A stretch of 63,897 nucleotides of DNA, counting the filler, from Octopus bimaculoides (taxonomy: Eukaryota), in assembly GCF_001194135.2 (NCBI RefSeq). It is 8 parts of 7 records of this genome, joined end to end, with 100 filler letters (N's around TTAATTAATTAA, not from the genome) between each part and the next. Parts side by side here need not be neighbours in the genome. Positions count along the whole stretch, not along the records: positions 48,331 to 54,917 come from NC_068994.1; positions 55,018 to 60,704 come from NC_068981.1; positions 60,805 to 62,311 come from NW_026339983.1; positions 62,412 to 63,897 come from NW_026418907.1; 4 more parts are not named here. One strand, 5' to 3'. Shown here piece after piece: positions 50,750 through 63,715 of this stretch. Below the pieces are notes generated by a model, which was not told the DNA's origin, did not search any database, and saw nothing but the letters and a program-made list of their open reading frames with translations. How positions within the stretch are numbered: the first letter of the stretch is position 1; each line of letters starts with the position of its first letter. The translations under genes and the position numbers were made by a program.

Positions 50750-52029
50750 TGAAAAACAAAGAAAAATCACACACACAAGATGAAAGAACAACAAACACTA
50801 AGGAAAATGGAAGAAGTCTTAATGTTTTGAGTCCACTCTCTTCTACAGAATGGATGGATGAGAACAGAAAAAAGATGGAAAGGAAAAGAACATGCATCAG
50901 AATTAAACGGTTAAAGCATGTTGAAATGATCAGAGGATGTTGACTTGAGGCATGGGTAGCAAGAGAAACAACAGTGACTTTTTTTATGTGTGTGCGTGTG
51001 TGTGTGAAGCTAATGTGTGTGCGTATGCTTGTATGAGCAAGGACATGTGTGTATGAAGCTAACGTGTGCTTGTGTATGTTTGCATGGAACTCACCTATGT
51101 GTGTGTGTGTGTGTGTAAACAAGTACGTGTGCGTATGAAGCAATGTGTGCATGTATACTCAGTGTGTTCATGAGTATGTGTAGCTGTGTATAGGTGTGTG
51201 GATATATGTGAGGTTATCTGATGTGTGTGTGTGCATGTGTGTGGGTGTGAAAGCACAAGTATGAAGCTTACTATGTGCATGTGTACAGTGTGCTTTTAGC
51301 ATGTCTGTGTGTACATGAGTGTGTAATCTTATTTTCTCTTTATATTTGTGTATAAGAGGTTATGTGTGGGGATTGATGAGTGTGCATATACATGTGTGTG
51401 GCATTATTATGAGTGTGTATATTGTGTGTGTTATGTGTAAGGGAATCTGTGCCTGTGTCCTGTTTTCAGCTGATGTGTATATTTGAGGCTATCAGACAAA
51501 GTGGGTGTGTTTGAAGCTAATGTGTGTGTGTGTGTGTGTGAGTGTGTGTGCGTGTGTGAGTGTATATATATATATATATATATACTGTGTCTTTGTATAT
51601 GTGTATATGGGTACTTGCATGTGTATGTGAGGTATCCGGTGTATGCATGTGTTGTCGCAGAAGGCTAGGTGTCTCATCCTGGATAGAGGTATTGAGTGAC
51701 AAACGTCGTAGGTGTTGGGAAGTGTGGATGTGTGATTGTATATGTGTTGCTGTGTGTGTGAGGATGGATATAGAAGTGTGGGTGCTGGTGTGTGTGAAGT
51801 AGGAAGAAGGAGTATGTGTTTGTATGTGTGTGCACGTGTAGGTGCTAGTGTGTTGTGGAGTAGGTAGGAGTGCATGTTTGTGTATGTGTATGTGAGTAAG
51901 TATGTGTATATGCTATGTGGATGAAAATGGTGTGCATGCTGTTGGGTAGTAAGTAGAGTAGGTGTGTGGAGGGTTGAGATTGAGGAAGCAGGTGGAAGGT
52001 AAGAGGTGAGGTGTGTGTAAGGAGTTTAA

Positions 52030-52327
52030 ATGAAGAGTGCTGGAGATTTGAGGATGTGAGGGACTGAAGTATAGAGAAAAATTTAATTCATGCTCCAGAC
52101 AGAAACAGGAGTCCAGGTTGCCTGTGTTTAAGGCTAGTCTGAACATAAACAGATGTTGCAAAGAATGACCAGATGAGCAGAAATGGCATGAGACCAGTGT
52201 CATTCCTGAGTCTGATGTCCCAAAGATGTTTGCCAAAATAGTCAGCTTGTGCCAGCCAGTTCGTGACTTGATATAGATTCATTAGGGATCTTGGGCAACA
52301 GAAGGTTGAGTTGCTTCTTGAAATCAT
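52030..52327 (-). mobile_element. Decayed PLE GIY-YIG domain
   Basis: FGKHLWDIRLRNDT / CHFCSSGHSLQHLFMF...DSCFCLEHELNFSL matches GIY-YIG C-terminal motifs. Confidence 0.6.
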
Positions 52328-52334
52328 CTGCCCT

Positions 52335-52440
52335 CATTCCATGTAGGTCTCCCAGGTTTTTTTACCAAGATATTAAATAGCTGAGGCCCTTTGAATTCCA
52401 AGGTATTGCAGTATCTGTCCCTCACTTTAGATGAGATGGA
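52335..52440 (-). mobile_element. Short LINE C-terminal remnant (CR1/L2-like)
   Basis: YCNTLEFKGPQLFNIL peptide. Confidence 0.4.
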
Positions 52441-52539
52441 TGTTTGAGGGACTGGTATGACTGTCAAACTTTGGTGTCACCTCCTCTAGGATCTTCCATA
52501 TGTCTATCACTGCATATCTCTTATCTTCAGTCTGAGAGT

Positions 52540-54060
52540 AAAGTCATAGTTAGTTCTTTCTGTCCAGCTAAGACTGAACTAGGTTTAGCAAGCCAAACTT
52601 TAAGAAATATTGATAACAGAATCAAGGAATCTTTGTACCTGTTGCTATGGACAAATAGCTACTCAGTGATATCTTGGTTTAAATCCATCCACAATAAAAA
52701 TAAAGCAAAATCATAGTTTAATATTGTGGATTTCTACCTGTCAATATCTGGACCACTGTTGCATGATACTTTGGGGTTCATATCAGTTTGCAACCATTGA
52801 TGAGCATAAAATAAAGTTCATTATACACATACATAAGACACTGTTATTCAATGACAGATCTGTCTGTACAAAAAATGATAGCCCCCACGAACTATTTGAT
52901 GTTCCATTGGGTTCCTATGATAGCACAGATATATGTGATTTGGTTAGTTTATACATATTAGACCATTTTGATTTAAAATTCCCCAACCACAGCATCAGTA
53001 TATACCAGGATGTTGATTTGGCAGTGTCACACAATTGTGATGGCCATGCTAGGGACTCCTTTAGAAATCAGTTGATTTCAACCTTCAGTTCTTTAAGGCT
53101 TAGAACCTCTATTGACATTAACCTAACTGGGACTGACTATGTTTCCTTAGACCTCAAAACTAATTCTTATAAACCCTTTCATAAACCTAACAAAAATCTA
53201 AAACATATTAATAAGCACTCCTGCTACCCATCTATTGTACTTGAGAACCTAATTCCAAACATTAGCCAGAGAATAACTTGTCTTTTTTCATCTAGTGAAA
53301 TATTTGAAAACTCTTCCCCATATTATGATAAGGTTTTACAGAATAGCAGCTTCACTGATAAAATCTTTTATAACCCTCCACCTCCTGGACCATCTAATGA
53401 TAAGAATAGGTACAATAAAATTTTATGGTTCACTCCATCTTTCTCTCTAAATGTGAGGGCAAATATAAGTAGAAGATTCTTACACTTATAAGATAATCAC
53501 TTTCCAAGCAATCATAGGTATAGAAAGATATGAAAATGTTATTTTAACTGTGTATCTATTAGATACACAGTTAAAATAATATTTTCATGCCTCCCTAATG
53601 TAAAAGCCTATATCTACAAACAACCAATGACTCAGACCTCTTGTGGATGCACATTCAGAGAGAAATCTAAATGTCCTCCAAAGCAGGCATGCAATATATC
53701 CCTCATTGTTTATGAAGCACAAGTAGCAGCAAATTATGGCAATGGCCAGAGAGAGTCCAAGTGCTACATTGGAACAGTGGAAGGAAAATTTAAATCAAGA
53801 TACAACTATGTTTTGGCCTTTAGACACCACAAGAAGAGACATCTTAGCATTAATCTGGAAACTTAAGGAAAAGAATGTAAACTAAAACATCAAATGGAAT
53901 ATCCTTCCTAAGACCAAACCTTTCAATTGGTTCAAAAATGCTTGATATGTTCCATTGGAAAACTGTATCATTTAAACACCTTAAGAACCTCCAGTGACTG
54001 TAAATTCCAGGAATGAGATCTTTTCTTTATACTTGCATTTTAAAAAAATACATCTTAGTG
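52540..54060 (+). mobile_element. Penelope-like element (Naiad-type) RT and GIY-YIG, decayed
   Basis: PAKTELG, FNIVDFYLSI, FDVPLGSYDSTDICDLV, IYQDVD (mutated YRDD), YKPFHKPN, ILWFTPSFSLNV, CGC...CP...IVYEAQV...CYIGT. Confidence 0.9.
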
Positions 54061-54381
54061 GAAATTAAAGATAGACCACTGGACACACCGTACAGAATTC
54101 CTGTCTAGCTTACGTTATTTTCATATCCGTAACACACAAGTCAGGTTTCCTGTGGGGGTTGATTATCTTCCCTGAGTTTTTCTTTCTGTCTTTTTCTAAA
54201 TGCACTTTCTCATTCAAATACCAACTGCATCGAGTGCAGTAAACAAACCGTCTTGTTGTTTCTAACAGTCTGATAAATGATGAAATAAATTGGTTCAGCC
54301 GGAAAACCCTGGATGACTGTATTATACAAGGCTTGTGTTTTTTATTATAATAATGTAATAGACATATATATATATAAAAAT

Positions 54382-54893
54382 ATCATCAGCATCATCATCA
54401 TCATCCGCTTTCCATGCTGGCATGGGTTTGACGGTTTGACTGAGGACTTGTGAGCCAGAGACTGCACCAAGCTCAATCTGATCTGGCAAACTTTCTACAG
54501 CTGGATGCCCTTCCTAATGCCAACCACTCTGAGAGTGTAGTGGGTGCTTTTTAAGTGCCACCGGTACAAGGGTCAATCCGGTGGTTCTGTCAATGACCAC
54601 ATTCAAAAGGTGTTTTTACGTACTACCTGCATAGGAGCCAGTGTGGCGGCACTGGCAACGACCATGTTCAAATGTTGTTTTTCACATGCCACCGACACAT
54701 GTGCCGGTAAGGTGACGCTAGCGACAATCACACTCAAATGGTGCTTTTTACGTGCCACCAGCACAGAAGCCAATCTGTGGCCCTGGCAACGATCATGCTC
54801 GGATGTGCTTTTAACATTCCACTGGCACAAGTGCCAATCAGGTGGTACTGTCATCGGCCACGTCAGCGATTTTGATTTGTTTTCACTTGCCTC
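54382..54893 (-). mobile_element. RTE-type 3' UTR with (GAT)n tail
   Basis: Homologous to 2180-2690, including the internal subrepeats. Confidence 0.85.
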
Positions 54894-56442
54894 AATATAT
54901 ATATATATATATATATANNNNNNNNNNNNNNNNNNNNNNNNNNNNNNNNNNNNNNNNNNNNTTAATTAATTAANNNNNNNNNNNNNNNNNNNNNNNNNNN
55001 NNNNNNNNNNNNNNNNNTGGTTGAGATATATATCTAATTATTGTTCTACTTACGATCTGACGAGTAGCTATATTTTTGAATAGAACTTATTTTCGATAAT
55101 TTCAAGGGTTAGGGTTAATTGTTTCAGAATCGTTTGTTTATGTAGTCGGCGCTTAATGTATATCGGCTGAATGGACGTCAGTGATTGGTTGAAATTACAG
55201 AAATACGACAACTTTAACATGGAATAATTTATGGATTTCTTTTTTTTTAAAGAAGACTAAGAGAAAAAGATGTTTTATATGACACATTCTACCAGTGTTC
55301 CAAGTTTCAAAGTGTTTCGTTAATGAAAAATGTGGCCCCCGTTTTAAAAAAGATCCTTATTCCGTGACAGGTATTCATTAGTACAAGTCAGGGTCAGGAA
55401 GAGGCCTAGTTCATACACATCCACATTGTTAAATATCATATAATTTGTGAGAGTGATATGACACACACATCCGGACAATTATAACACTACAAACATACAC
55501 AGAGACATACACACATACTCACGTGCACGCACACACCACCCTGATCAACACAACACACACAAACATACATATACACACACGGGAACAAGCACATGCACAC
55601 ACGCAGCACTCTGACAAATACGAATCACGCACACACACCTGCACACATATATACACACATATATACACACCACCTTGCTAAATATAAAACACACACATAC
55701 ACAGACCCATACAAATGCAGACACCATACTGAACTCTAAGACCAATCAAAATTCACCACACACATACACCAAGTACATATACACACACACAGAACCATGC
55801 ACGCACACACACAATCTTGAACTCCAGTCGAAAAACCACCAAACCATGACAGACAAGCCCAGAAACGAAAAATCCCTTTGCTCTCACAAACTATTCGAAG
55901 TTAGATAATGTGAATGCGCCCTCCCAACAAACTTCTCACACTATTGCTAAAAATAGCAACGATCATTGCGAAACACACATACAAGACTAAAGATGAAGGT
56001 GACAGGTTGGTCATTCCCCTAAAATTCTTATAAAAAATTGTTACACGCTTTCTCCTATCAAATACTGTCTACAAATTCTTTCTGTATATATACGCTTAGA
56101 AACAATTATGATTTCCGATAAGCTTATAAATGATTATGAACTTATTTTACTTGCCTAAGTTGAACACTTTTGTGTAAACTGTTTAAATACAAAGCCTCTC
56201 TTAACATTTTCTTATCATTGTCAAATATTCTATCACTGTATTTTAATACATCGATGTTAACTAATTTTTAACACCGCAGAGACTACACAAAGTCTTACAC
56301 TTTACTTTTGAAAAATTTTATTTAAAAAAAGTGAAACCAGTCAAGTCTATAAACATCTTTAAAAGACTTCTGCATTTTCAAATCCTCTTCCCTGTATATT
56401 TTCACTCGTGTGGTACCTTCCAAATTTACTTTGTTATGTATG

Positions 56443-56481
<39 letters not shown>

Positions 56482-57399
56482 ACTACATATCAATACTTTC
56501 ATACTGATTGAAAACTTATATGATTCTCCCCCTCTTACATATTTTCCAAATGTAACTGAATAATTGTGTATGTGTATATGATTGTGGGGCATATGCATAT
56601 ATACATGTGTGTGTGTGTTAATGTGAGTATGTATGTATGTGTATGTATATGTATACATACATATATCTGTGTGTTGTGTGCTTGTGTGTGCCTATCTATA
56701 TTATACACAAATTTGCATTCTTATATTTCATTTCCACAAAAATTATCCTCTCAACCGCTTCAAACAATTTTTGCACACAATAAATAATATACTTTCTTCT
56801 TCCTTACACTTATAGACATATATACGCACAGGATGAATTCATGCTATTCATGCTATTAGCTGTCAGAAGTGAAAGTGCTCACTGCTAGTGAAGTATCTGT
56901 CTGTCTGCCTGCATGCCTGTGGCCGGAGCGAGCTATATGTCTGTCGGTCTGTCTGTCTGTCTCTCTATCTATCTATCTATTACTCGAAAGTTCGCGCGTG
57001 ATAGCATGATAGTGCCTATATACATTCTTTTATTATTATTGTTGTTGTATTTTGACCTGAAGATTAGCTATATTTTTGAATAGAATTGATTTTCGATCGT
57101 TTTAATCAATTAAAATTTTCTTTCTATTTGAAAATTTGGATATGAAACACGTGTTGTCATTTTATTATCATTATCTTATGATATTTACTTTGTATTCTAT
57201 TATACTTATTTATTGTGCATTTACTTATTAATTTTTCTATATGTGACAGTGGATTTTCATCGATGAGTTCATGAACCTTGGTTCTTTTCCCTAAAACTAT
57301 ATATTTATATATATCTTATACTGTGAAACTTAATTTAATTTTTATTTTTATAAATTGAATTTATTTGAGTTTTTAGCTGTAAATTTGGATTTTTATCCC

Positions 57400-57439
<40 letters not shown>

Positions 57440-57449
57440 GTTATCATTG

Positions 57450-57488
<39 letters not shown>

Positions 57489-57589
57489 GGAGTAAGCACA
57501 TAAATGTGCAACAAGATGGAAAAAAGAGTACTCAAATACCAGAGGTAGAGTAATATGCTTTATTTAAAAGCAGCAGAAATATAGCAAAA

Positions 57590-57631
57590 AACTGTTACTC
57601 AGAGTTTCACGTTCCCGTTCATCGGACAGTT
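57590..57631 (-). ncRNA. Type I hammerhead-like motif (U4C)
   Basis: AACTGT-CCGATGA-ACG-GGAA-CGT-GAAAC-TCTGA-GTA-ACAGTT. Confidence 0.65.
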
Positions 57632-58909
57632 TTGTTAGAAATGGGAGAGAAATGACGATGTTAGGTATGCAATGAACAAAATAAACGAAAGAAATGAATT
57701 CAATATAGATTCATCCTAATTTTTAAAAAATCAAAGAAAACCTGAAATTGAAAAGTGGGTTCAAAATACATATTGTAAATAATTATATTAGAATTATCGC
57801 TCAATTAACACATTAAAATCAAAATAAAATTTACGCTGCATTAAAATAAAAAATAAAAATTCTACAACAGTATATACGCATACTAAACTATCTACAACAT
57901 ACATATATACATCAAAATACACAGATGCATACGAACAGACAATATACGTATATAGGCATATATTTGTAAGACATAAATACATGCACGAATATGCATGTAT
58001 ACACATATGCACGCGATTATGCTCGCATACGAAAATTATTCAGCGTTGGAACAGGCAAGTGTACCTTAAACTTCTGGATGGGGGGGGGAGTAAGGGGTGG
58101 AGAAGAGTAACGTATAGATAAAGGACGTTACGAATGTAGAAAGGGAGAAAGTGTGGTTTTCGTGAGGAAGGAAAGAAAGAAGGAAGTGTAGCGAATATAA
58201 CAAACGTATACAAAATTGGATTACGTATATATGTGTATACCAAAATGTATATTAGCATCACGTATACAGATATATAGGGATATGTACGCGAATACACACA
58301 AATATAATTGTATACGTGCGTACGCACACATTGAAGTATGTATGTGTATAAGCCTGAGCACACATTCTCATATGTAACCTAGATGTACACACGCGAATAT
58401 ATGTATGTATGTGTAAATGTAAGCATACACACTTACCCATGCATATGCAAAGACGCACACACTCGAAACCATGTATGTATGTGCACAAGTGTAAACATAG
58501 GCTCTATACATAAGCATAAACGCACACATACGAATACATATGCATTGTTACAATACAGACATCCACATAAAAAACTTTTAGGTCTTAACGTATATATGCA
58601 GACAACTTTTTAAAGAAATTGCTGAGTGTATAATAGCAAAAATTGGGCAAAAATACATACATAATAGAATCCCATATATCAAACCATCCATAAAAACGGT
58701 TAAATTTGTTTACAAAATATTTTTTAATAAATACAAATAAAATAAAATAATATAAAGTAAGATAAAAACAAGAAAAACTATGCATATAACAGTCTAAGGC
58801 TTTCTTAAAAAGACGTTGGGATCTATACAATATTCTTGCAATGCGAAGTAAAATGCGGTACAAATCCAATAATGAGATTGCAAACTGGTTTCAAGGAGTC
58901 AAAAATTAT

Positions 58910-60060
58910 CAAAAATATACTACCCATATGGTATGTTATTAGCCGGCATTTTAAATTTAGACTCATGTCTACATGAATTTAAAAGTTTGAGTCTTTGGTT
59001 CAAAGCTTTCTTGTCTTGGAATAAGATATGGAATTTCTCTAATAAACACAGCTCACATTTAATTGGTCTTTTATGGGCACCGTACCTGTAAGGTGATGTT
59101 CTACCTAAAATCCTCCATGTCACGTTGAAAGGTCTGGTTTCGCTTTCTTTTAATTAACAGACGTATTTTGCCAGGCAAGTCTTTGTCCTATTTTCGGGGT
59201 ATCTGAAAGAATTTTTATGCGAATAAAGCCTGGTTTTGAATGAATTTTCCGAAGTCCCTGTGTAAGTTCTATAATCGTGTGAGCCTTCTATCTGGACTTT
59301 GGCTCTATACACGATAACTTTTTCTAGACATCTCCCTTCCAACGGACAGGAGGTTCCATCTTTGAAATTGCAGCTTTTGGAAAAGAATCGGCATTATGAT
59401 TTTTGGAAATTATCTTGTTGTGCTGGCTAATCAAAACAGCGAAGTTTTTGCAGCAAGAATAGCTGTTCTTGAGCGTTCTTCTATTGAATATTCTACAAAA
59501 CTTATGGTCAGGTTGAAAGTGTCTAGAGACTAATTTTAAAAATTCCTTACCTATATTAGTTCTTATGGCCATATTGAAAGCTGGGTTGAACTACAAAACT
59601 TTCCTAGTCCTAGTTCTATGTGTTATGTTGTTGTTAGCATTACACTGGGTATACTGGATCTTCTCAGAGAATCTACTTTTCCTTAAAGCACTATTATGAT
59701 AAGGTGCTGTGTTTTGGAATGTTGCCTCATCCGTAGAAATTGACGATATTCGCCTACCTACGTTACTAAGTTTCTAAGAATAACTGGCGGATGGTTGGAT
59801 TCTTTGCTAATATAAGATAGTTTATCATTAGGCTTACGGTAAGGTTTGAATATATCTGAATTCAAGTCTAAATTTACATCTAAGAAATCTACTTTTTTGA
59901 GGTTAGTATCTATTGTAATCCGCAAGCCTATCCTTTGGAAGAAAGCAATTAGATCCTTCCTAACTTTATCTAATTCGTGGCTGTTTAAATTATGGGTGAC
60001 TATAAGGCCGTCATCCCTATATATTCATGCGTCTATAAACGGGAATTCTAGCGCATACCT
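58910..60060 (-). mobile_element. Penelope-like element (Naiad-type) RT C-terminal half and GIY-YIG
   Basis: IYRDDGL, KVDFLDVNLDL, FKPYRKPND, SNHPP, TNIGKEFLKL, CPLEGRCLEKVIVYRAKV...YTGTS, CELCLLEK, SCRH. Confidence 0.93.
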
Positions 60061-60156
60061 AAGACCGTTATTTGAAACGACCAATGAAACAGATCCACGT
60101 GTTTTAATCTTATATTAGTTTTGATTGCATCGTCATTTCTCTCCCATTTCTAACAA

Positions 60157-60198
60157 AACTGTCTGATGAACGGGAACGTGAAACTCCGAGTAACAATT
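60157..60198 (+). ncRNA. Type I hammerhead ribozyme with canonical core
   Basis: AACTGT-CTGATGA-ACG-GGAA-CGT-GAAAC-TCCGA-GTA-ACAATT; one mismatch in stem I. Confidence 0.75.
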
Positions 60199-60254
60199 TT
60201 TTGTTATATTTCTGCTGCTTTTAAATAAAGTATATATATATATATATATATATG

Positions 60255-60704
60255 GTGGTTGTCTACTCCTTAAACAGAGTTTGACCACCTCCTGCACCTA
60301 CACCTTAGCCCTTTCATGGCGTCTGATGTGGCTTTTTAAACCAGACAGTGTTTTGAAAAAAACACCCACATAGATTGCACCTCTGATTTGCACTACCAAT
60401 ACCTGCAAGTAAGTTCTGGAGAACTGGAGACTTGTTGTTATTCAGCTTATTCATAGCTAAATAAATGTCATTTAGAGTTGGTTCAAATGCCATCTCTTCT
60501 ATAACTGGAAGTTGTTCAATTTTTTCTATCGTCCTCATATTAACGGATGATGGTCTATTCAAAAGTGCAGAGAAATGTTCTACCCAACGCTTATGAATAG
60601 AAGCGGTGTCAGTCAGAAGAAAACATCCATCTTCTGTTCTCACTGGAGCTACTGAAGAAGATTTTGGACCATATACCTCCCCAACATAAGAATACAAACA
60701 ACTG
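60255..60704 (-). mobile_element. RTE-type LINE fragment (region between endonuclease and RT)
   Basis: VYGP...DG..LLTD..SIHKRWVEHFSALLNRPSSV...PTLNDIYLAMNKLNNNKSP. Confidence 0.85.
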
Positions 60705-60919
60705 NNNNNNNNNNNNNNNNNNNNNNNNNNNNNNNNNNNNNNNNNNNNTTAATTAATTAANNNNNNNNNNNNNNNNNNNNNNNNNNNNNNNNNNNNNNNN
60801 NNNNGAGATAGTATCTATCCAATATACTGCTGGGAGGGTACCCAATTATTGCTAAACTAGTGTTATACCAAGTGCAATAAATGGAGTTTACCCCAAATTT
60901 GTATATCAATTAGAAAATG

Positions 60920-62311
60920 GAGGATAATATGCTGAACCCAACTACTTCCAGACAGTGTATCCCGTTGAATTCATTAATTTAATTCATAGCTAAAGTGACA
61001 AAAAAAACCCACAAAGTACCATGTTATTTTGCCAACCGGGTTTACAGATAGAAGTACAAAGTACATAAGGAATTAGAGAATGAACAGAAGTTTGCGCGTG
61101 CATGGGTATATACATATACGTACGCATGGGCATGGATATGGGGAGATACACATAGCACGCATGTGTGTGGATGTGGGTGTACGTATGCAAGCTCATCCTA
61201 GCCTCTTGACCGGTTAGTGTCTATCCAACCGTAGCTAAGCGTAGACAGTTTCAAACAATAGTTGTCCAATTAGAAGGGTGGAATTAACGGTAGAAATTAA
61301 CCCTCCCCCATTAGCAGCAGAATGTTCGAACCGTTGGAAGAAGCAACAGGATATCCTACACCGCAAAATTAGAAAGTTTGGCATATTATTATTGTTGTTG
61401 TTGTCACTGCTGTTGTTGTTGTTATCATCATCATCATCATCATCATTATCACTGTTATTGCTACTAGAACATTAATAACTCATGTAAAATGAACCTCCAC
61501 ATAAACCCATCCAAAATATATGGAAATGAAATGCACACACTCAACAAAATTTTTTTTAAAAAACACTTACAACTTTCTAAATACAGCAGATAGCGCTAAT
61601 GCCGCAAACCGCGTATGTAGTAGAATGCCTGTGTATACATACTCGTATATGTATACATACTTGTATATGTATACATGTGAGTGAGGAACATCTGAGTATG
61701 GTTATGCACATGAACCCACACATATATATGTATTGGAGTGTCTATAGCTATTTGTACTGTTTGTAGGCTCTTTATGTGCCTGATATTTTTAGGGTTTTTT
61801 TAATATATTTTTATATTTCCAATATGTTATATTTTCATTTTTCATTTATGTATTTTTTATTATTATTTTTTTCTTGTTGTACCCTTATTTTTATTTTTAC
61901 TTTTATCTTATTTTTGCTTTTGTTTTTGTTCTTGTCTCTATTTCACCTTTGTTTTTACCTCTTACTCTATATTCGTGTGAAATTCTTTGTGAATCTCTGA
62001 AGAAGCCTAGTGAGTCGGGCATGTAACCCCATTTCAACATTTCATCCGATAATCATTCCGGCAAGAACTATTTGGATAGAATGGGGCATGCCAAAGCTAG
62101 GCCGAAACAGCTGTAAGATTAAACTTCTGTTCATTCTCTAATTCCTTATGCACTTTGTACTTCTATCTGTAAACCCGGTTGGCAAAATAACATGATTTGT
62201 CATAAACACGTGTACTTTGTGGGGTTTTTTGTCACTTTAGCTATGAATTAAATTAATGAAATCAATGGGATACACTGTCTGCAAGTAGTTGGGTTCAGCA
62301 TATTATCCTCC
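60920..62311. repeat. Inverted repeat pair of a pLTR-like sequence
   Basis: 60920-61092 is the reverse complement of 62122-62311 apart from a small indel. Confidence 0.85.
61992..62120 (+). ncRNA. Type I hammerhead ribozyme with a stem II of about 100 nt
   Basis: AATCT-CTGAAGA-A-GCCTAG...CTAGGC-C-GAAAC-AGCT-GTA-AGATT, with inner pairings GGCATG/CATGCC and CCCCATT/AATGGGG. Confidence 0.75.
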
Positions 62312-62599
62312 NNNNNNNNNNNNNNNNNNNNNNNNNNNNNNNNNNNNNNNNNNNNTTAATTAATTAANNNNNNNNNNNNNNNNNNNNNNNNNNNNNNNNN
62401 NNNNNNNNNNNACACACACACTCACGCACATATATACATACAGACGACCATCTACCATAGTATTCGTCTGTCATATGCTCTCACGAAGCACTGGTTTTGA
62501 CGGGGGTGACAAAAGTGAAAAGGACAATAAGAACGATAGGTAATGATGAAGTAAGGAACATCGGTGTAGATTTTGAATGAGTAACTGCGTCGTAGATAT

Positions 62600-63320
62600 A
62601 GAGATTATATATATAAAAAAAAAGTTGAAATATACAATACTGTGAAATAAGTGGAGTTGAAGTGAATGAAAATAAGATTCGAAAAGTAAAAGATTAAAGT
62701 ATAAGAATACATTGTTGATTAACTTTGAAAAATAAGACAAAATATGACAGTATAAATTAGAAGAAGGCATAATAAACCAGACTATAATAAATGAATTAAA
62801 TGTATATAAAATATTAGCGGTAGAGTTTAATAATATCAATGAAATAAATATGTAGAAAAATACTCTAACAATTGATAAAGTAAGACAGATAATGAAGCTG
62901 TATGACAAATTTAGCTTCTTTAAATCCTTGAACATACGAACAGAATTATGTTTTGATAAATTAAGTTAAGTATATATACACAAAAAGAAGTCTATGATTT
63001 AGTCTTTGATAAAAATAATGTATAGTATATAAATTTAACTAGTAAGTTACATGAAGTAAAACGTAAAGAAAAAATAATGGAAAATATTTTAATTTAATCT
63101 GAATAAACGAAGAACTTTTATGATGTAAATAACAACTCCTATCACAGACTTGTCTCTAATTCCATTACGAAAACTTACAAGATACACATTGTAGTATCCT
63201 TAATGAGATTAACTTCCAAGGACAGAAAAATCACTCATGAGCTAAATATAGATGACAGGACTGAAACGCTAAGCCCTAAACAACATCATATAACGTTGGT
63301 CGATTATGTAAACATCATAA
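62600..63320 (+). mobile_element. N-terminal region and RT start of a Naiad-type PLE, decayed
   Basis: YHRLVSNSITKTYK...ELNIDDRTETLSPKQHHITL resembles the Naiad pre-RT motif; the upstream frame is K/N-rich with scattered stops. Confidence 0.6.
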
Positions 63321-63589
63321 ATATAAGCGATTTATTATTTTAACAAACATCTTACAAAAGAAACTATGGAGTTATTGGTAAATATTTATTGCACAAAATT
63401 TTCGCAAGAATTAAGGAAGCATCATCTTTACTTTCAATGAGTGTGGGGTTGTTTCCTGACTCGCAGTTCTACTGTTCAGTGACAGATTTTCAACGGAGTA
63501 GTGCACGATTTCTTTAGCTTAAGAATGTGTTTATAATTTCTACTAACAACTAACCTTATGGACTTATACCAGGTTTTCATTGGGAGAGA

Positions 63590-63715
63590 GGAGGGAGAGA
63601 AAGAGGGGGTGAGAGAAGAGGGAGAGAAAAGAGGGTGAGAGAGGAGGGAGAGAAAGAGAGGAGGGAGAGAGAGAAAGGAGGGAGAGAGGTGGAGTGAGAG
63701 AGGTGGAGTGAGAGG
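63590..63715. repeat. GA-rich polypurine low-complexity tract
   Basis: Direct reading. Confidence 0.9.

Noticed and set aside
53627-59400. Selenocysteine-type in-frame TGA at conserved Cys positions, reported for some Naiads
   Set aside because: The linker cysteines I could read use TGT/TGC or are otherwise mutated; no Cys-position TGA and no SECIS were recognised.
62471-62935. 154-aa hydrophobic minus-strand ORF resembling a membrane protein
   Set aside because: It is antisense to a purine-rich decayed PLE frame, and such composition suppresses stops on the opposite strand.
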